A stretch of DNA of 61,954 nucleotides from a virus (lineage: Duplodnaviria; Caudoviricetes). The notes beneath the pieces are model-generated. The model was not told the origin of the DNA, searched no databases, and saw only the letters and a program-made list of their open reading frames with translations. The position numbers and the translations under genes were made by a program. The stretch covers positions 1 through 61,954 of IMG/VR virus record IMGVR_UViG_3300037840_000222. One strand, written 5' to 3'. The number at the start of each line of letters is the position of its first letter. Positions within the stretch are counted from its first letter, which is position 1. This document shows, in pieces, positions 59,596-61,954 of the stretch.

Positions 59596-60243
59596 ATGAG
59601 AACTAAAACCTGCTCTCAATGTAATGTTGAGAAACCCATCAACCTTTTTCGACAAGAGAAAAGAACTAAAGACGGCTATCAAGCTAGGTGTAAAGCGTGT
59701 GAAATGAAGTACAAAAATGAGCATAAGACTTTACCTGAGAGTATAGATAAACGCCGCAAAGCTGATGCTAAACGAAAACTATCTTATTTAGATTTATACA
59801 CAAGTAATCCAGACTTAATCGATAACGAAAAGTACTGCCCACGATGCGACCAGGCTAAAGAAGCGATTCACTTTAGTAAAGAACTTCGTCGTAAAGGTGG
59901 TCTTAAAGATTATTGTAAAGTCTGTGAAAGGGAGATGTGTAAAAGTAGATATGATGAATTAAAACAATTGGTGTTTCAGAAATTAGGTTGGAGTTGCTGC
60001 CGATGCGGATATCACGATGTTCGCGCACTCCAGATAGACCACGTTAACGGCGGTGGTAATAAAGAACATAAACAAGTAAAGAATAGTCTTTCTTTTTTAA
60101 AGAAAGTTCTTACTGACGATAAAGGGAGCTATCAAATTCTCTGTGCTAACTGCAACTGGGTTAAACGTCACGAAAACAAAGAAGAGCCTTTTTATACCCT
60201 AAAATTAACCGATTCCATTAATGGAATTACAACCTGCCGATAG
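59596..60243 (+). CDS. HNH-like endonuclease with tandem CxxC zinc repeats
   Basis: Two CxxC...F......DG....CK.C repeats, then CCRCG...LQIDH...LCANCN. Confidence 0.75.
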   Translation: MRTKTCSQCNVEKPINLFRQEKRTKDGYQARCKACEMKYKNEHKTLPESIDKRRKADAKRKLSYLDLYTSNPDLIDNEKYCPRCDQAKEAIHFSKELRRKGGLKDYCKVCEREMCKSRYDELKQLVFQKLGWSCCRCGYHDVRALQIDHVNGGGNKEHKQVKNSLSFLKKVLTDDKGSYQILCANCNWVKRHENKEEPFYTLKLTDSINGITTCR

Positions 60244-60249
60244 GAGATT

Positions 60250-60444
60250 ATGGAAAAAGCAATTGTAGGCGACGTAGTAAGACTGAACAGCGGCAGTCCT
60301 GCTTTGACGATTATCAGAGTTAATAACGGGACTGTTGATTGTATATGGCTGTGCGAAGAAAAGTTTGAACAAGGTAATTTTCCTCTGCCGTGTGTTTATA
60401 AAGATGAGTTTATAACTGAGCAGCTTAGGAACCTTCTCGCGTGA
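60250..60444 (+). CDS. YodC/DUF2158-like protein
   Basis: VGDVVRLNSGSPALTI...VDCIW...F. Confidence 0.75.
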   Translation: MEKAIVGDVVRLNSGSPALTIIRVNNGTVDCIWLCEEKFEQGNFPLPCVYKDEFITEQLRNLLA

Positions 60445-60878
60445 TACCCTACGAACCCGTTAAACCGGACTACTCCGACATTGAAAAAGCTGTAGAGTAT
60501 GTTAACGAAGCATACCGGGCCGAGTCTTCTCGGACTGGTCTATCCACAAGAGAAGTCTCTGGTGAAGAGATACAGGAAGCCGTCAGATGGGCTGATGGCC
60601 AAGAACTTCAGAACATAGTGGATACCCGTGGATACGGGATTGTTATTAGTCTCATTCACGGATATATGGACGGATATATTAGGGATTGCATCCTGACTAA
60701 CCCGGCTAACAAAGACGAAGTTCTTCAGAATCAGTGTCTAGCCCACTCAGCGACACATATTTTCGAGCGGCTCGAATCAGATGTTAAATCCAGATTGGTG
60801 GCTGCCGAGTCTGTCCCCGAAGTAGTTAAGTTAGGAATAAGATTAGCAAGAGGGGTTCCGGTCGGGAGTGCTGACTAG
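60441..60878 (+). CDS. hypothetical head-module protein
   Basis: 145 aa, lying between the portal and the putative scaffold. Confidence 0.55.
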   Translation: MIPYEPVKPDYSDIEKAVEYVNEAYRAESSRTGLSTREVSGEEIQEAVRWADGQELQNIVDTRGYGIVISLIHGYMDGYIRDCILTNPANKDEVLQNQCLAHSATHIFERLESDVKSRLVAAESVPEVVKLGIRLARGVPVGSAD

Positions 60879-61134
60879 TGGCGTTAGATAACACATCCTT
60901 GATTCCTATCGCTCTTGGTGGGATCGCCATAGGAGCCGCCGCTCTCAAAATAATTGACAAACTAGTTTCCGGCAGGAATGGAAACGGTAAAAGCAGAAAA
61001 TCTGGTGAAATAGCTATTGCAGAGTGGGAGTTGTTTTTCACCAAAATGAAAGACGATATTGTAAACGAAGTTGTTAAAAGAATTAAAGACTAAAATTTCC
61101 GCTCGCAGTCGGATTACTGCATAGGAGAAATTGA

Positions 61135-61954
61135 ATGCCCGTTGGAACGCCCGCACCACCTTCTACTGAAGTTGATCCTTTTACCGATACCCAGTTCGCT
61201 CCGTTAGATACGAGTGACGGTCCTAAACATATTGCTGCTCTTGGGCGAATTGCCGAAGAACATCCTGAGTTGCAGACCGGACTTTTACAGGAGTCTACCG
61301 AACCACAGCCTACTCCGACATCTGTTCCCCCAGTTGACGAACCGGAAGTAATCGAAGTCGAAGGCGGAACGATTACCATTAGCCACGACGCTAAAGGCTG
61401 GCACGGAGTTTTAGAACAAGAAGATGGAGGGGGGAAAGAAACCTTCCATGGTAAGACCCAAAAAGAACTGATGGCCAGTGTTCTTCAAGGGAAATTGAAA
61501 GCTACTGCTCAGATCAGAAAGCTGAACAAGAAACTTAAGTTAGGTACGCCTGTCGCTGTTCCGGAAACAGTTGTACAACCGGCAGTCTATCAATCTAAGC
61601 AACTGTCAGCCAATGATATTTTTGAAATAAAGACCGAACTAGCTAACGATCCGGATAAGGCATTCGAATCCTGGTTTCAGAAGAAGTTCGGAATGTCTGC
61701 TACCCAACTGGTGGCTACAGCCCAAGAGGCTAACAATCGTTCACGAAAAGGCGAAGAAGCCTATGAGGAATTGAGTATTGAAGGGGTTTCTAAGGAATTC
61801 TTGGAAAAACATCCTGATTACTATCCTCACGTAGATAACGGTCAGAACATTATGACTTGGCTGTGCCGAAACAAACTAGGTCGTCAAGTCACTCAGAACG
61901 ACAATTTTGGTACTATCTCCGGAGAACTTCTCCGTAAGGGATTGTACACGGTAG
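61135..61954 (+). CDS. putative scaffolding protein, partial
   Basis: AGGAG RBS; Pro/Glu-rich N-terminus MPVGTPAPPSTEVDPF...; open to the window end; downstream of the portal. Confidence 0.55.
   Translation, partial: MPVGTPAPPSTEVDPFTDTQFAPLDTSDGPKHIAALGRIAEEHPELQTGLLQESTEPQPTPTSVPPVDEPEVIEVEGGTITISHDAKGWHGVLEQEDGGGKETFHGKTQKELMASVLQGKLKATAQIRKLNKKLKLGTPVAVPETVVQPAVYQSKQLSANDIFEIKTELANDPDKAFESWFQKKFGMSATQLVATAQEANNRSRKGEEAYEELSIEGVSKEFLEKHPDYYPHVDNGQNIMTWLCRNKLGRQVTQNDNFGTISGELLRKGLYTV

Larger units (their letters stand above)
421..60226. repeat. dispersed 14-bp palindrome TTCCATTAATGGAA
   Basis: Exact starts: 421, 3837, 7232, 8479, 11538, 12086, 12942, 15124, 18954, 22704, 24150, 27549, 28690, 32367, 33635, 34469, 36321, 36927, 38493, 39358, 40489, 41242, 42875, 44940, 45427, 46008, 47652, 51222, 56439, 57632, 60213. 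One-mismatch copies: 26359, 26569, 33380, 35662, 42027. Confidence 0.97.

Noticed and set aside
421-60226. Palindrome as a CRISPR repeat, MITE or terminator
   Set aside because: It is only 14-18 bp, dispersed at kb scale, has no evident target-site duplications or consistent U-tract, and sits in frame inside intact genes.
1-61954. Stop-codon reassignment
   Set aside because: Large conserved genes are intact in the standard code, and TAA, TAG and TGA all end genes. The breaks seen are explained by two frameshifts and one intron.
1-61954. Prophage with integrase or repressor
   Set aside because: No recognisable integrase, CI-like repressor or host flank is in this window, so lifestyle cannot be called.

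Overview
This window is about 62 kb of a tailed dsDNA phage genome. The host is probably Acidobacteriota, judged from the SSB and DUF5715 sequences (inference). There are two divergent arms. Positions 1-43.5 kb read almost entirely on the minus strand. They hold small early genes, then a replication, recombination and host-takeover set: PolA, DnaN clamp, DnaX-like loader, primase-helicase, SSB, ERF, RecE-like nuclease, sigma factor, RNA ligase, NADAR, four phosphatase-type genes and a PEP-synthase-like His-swivel protein. Positions 44.2-62 kb read on the plus strand: structured RNAs, tRNA(CAT), lysis genes, virion proteins, TerL, a portal gene split by a 206-nt group I intron, and a probable scaffold. 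The most striking unexplained signal is the perfect 14-bp palindrome TTCCATTAATGGAA. I counted 31 exact and 5 single-mismatch copies by eye. They occur between genes, inside protein linkers and inside the intron, and no gap between copies exceeds about 5.2 kb. Other unexplained layers: a repeated SD-sequestering hairpin before about 10 early genes, an enriched heptamer TCTRTTC, two iteron-like arrays, several large structured non-coding regions, a tRNA-like RNA without an anticodon arm, and a small gene duplicated in front of two unrelated phosphatases. All counts and family calls were made by manual inspection; no searches were run.
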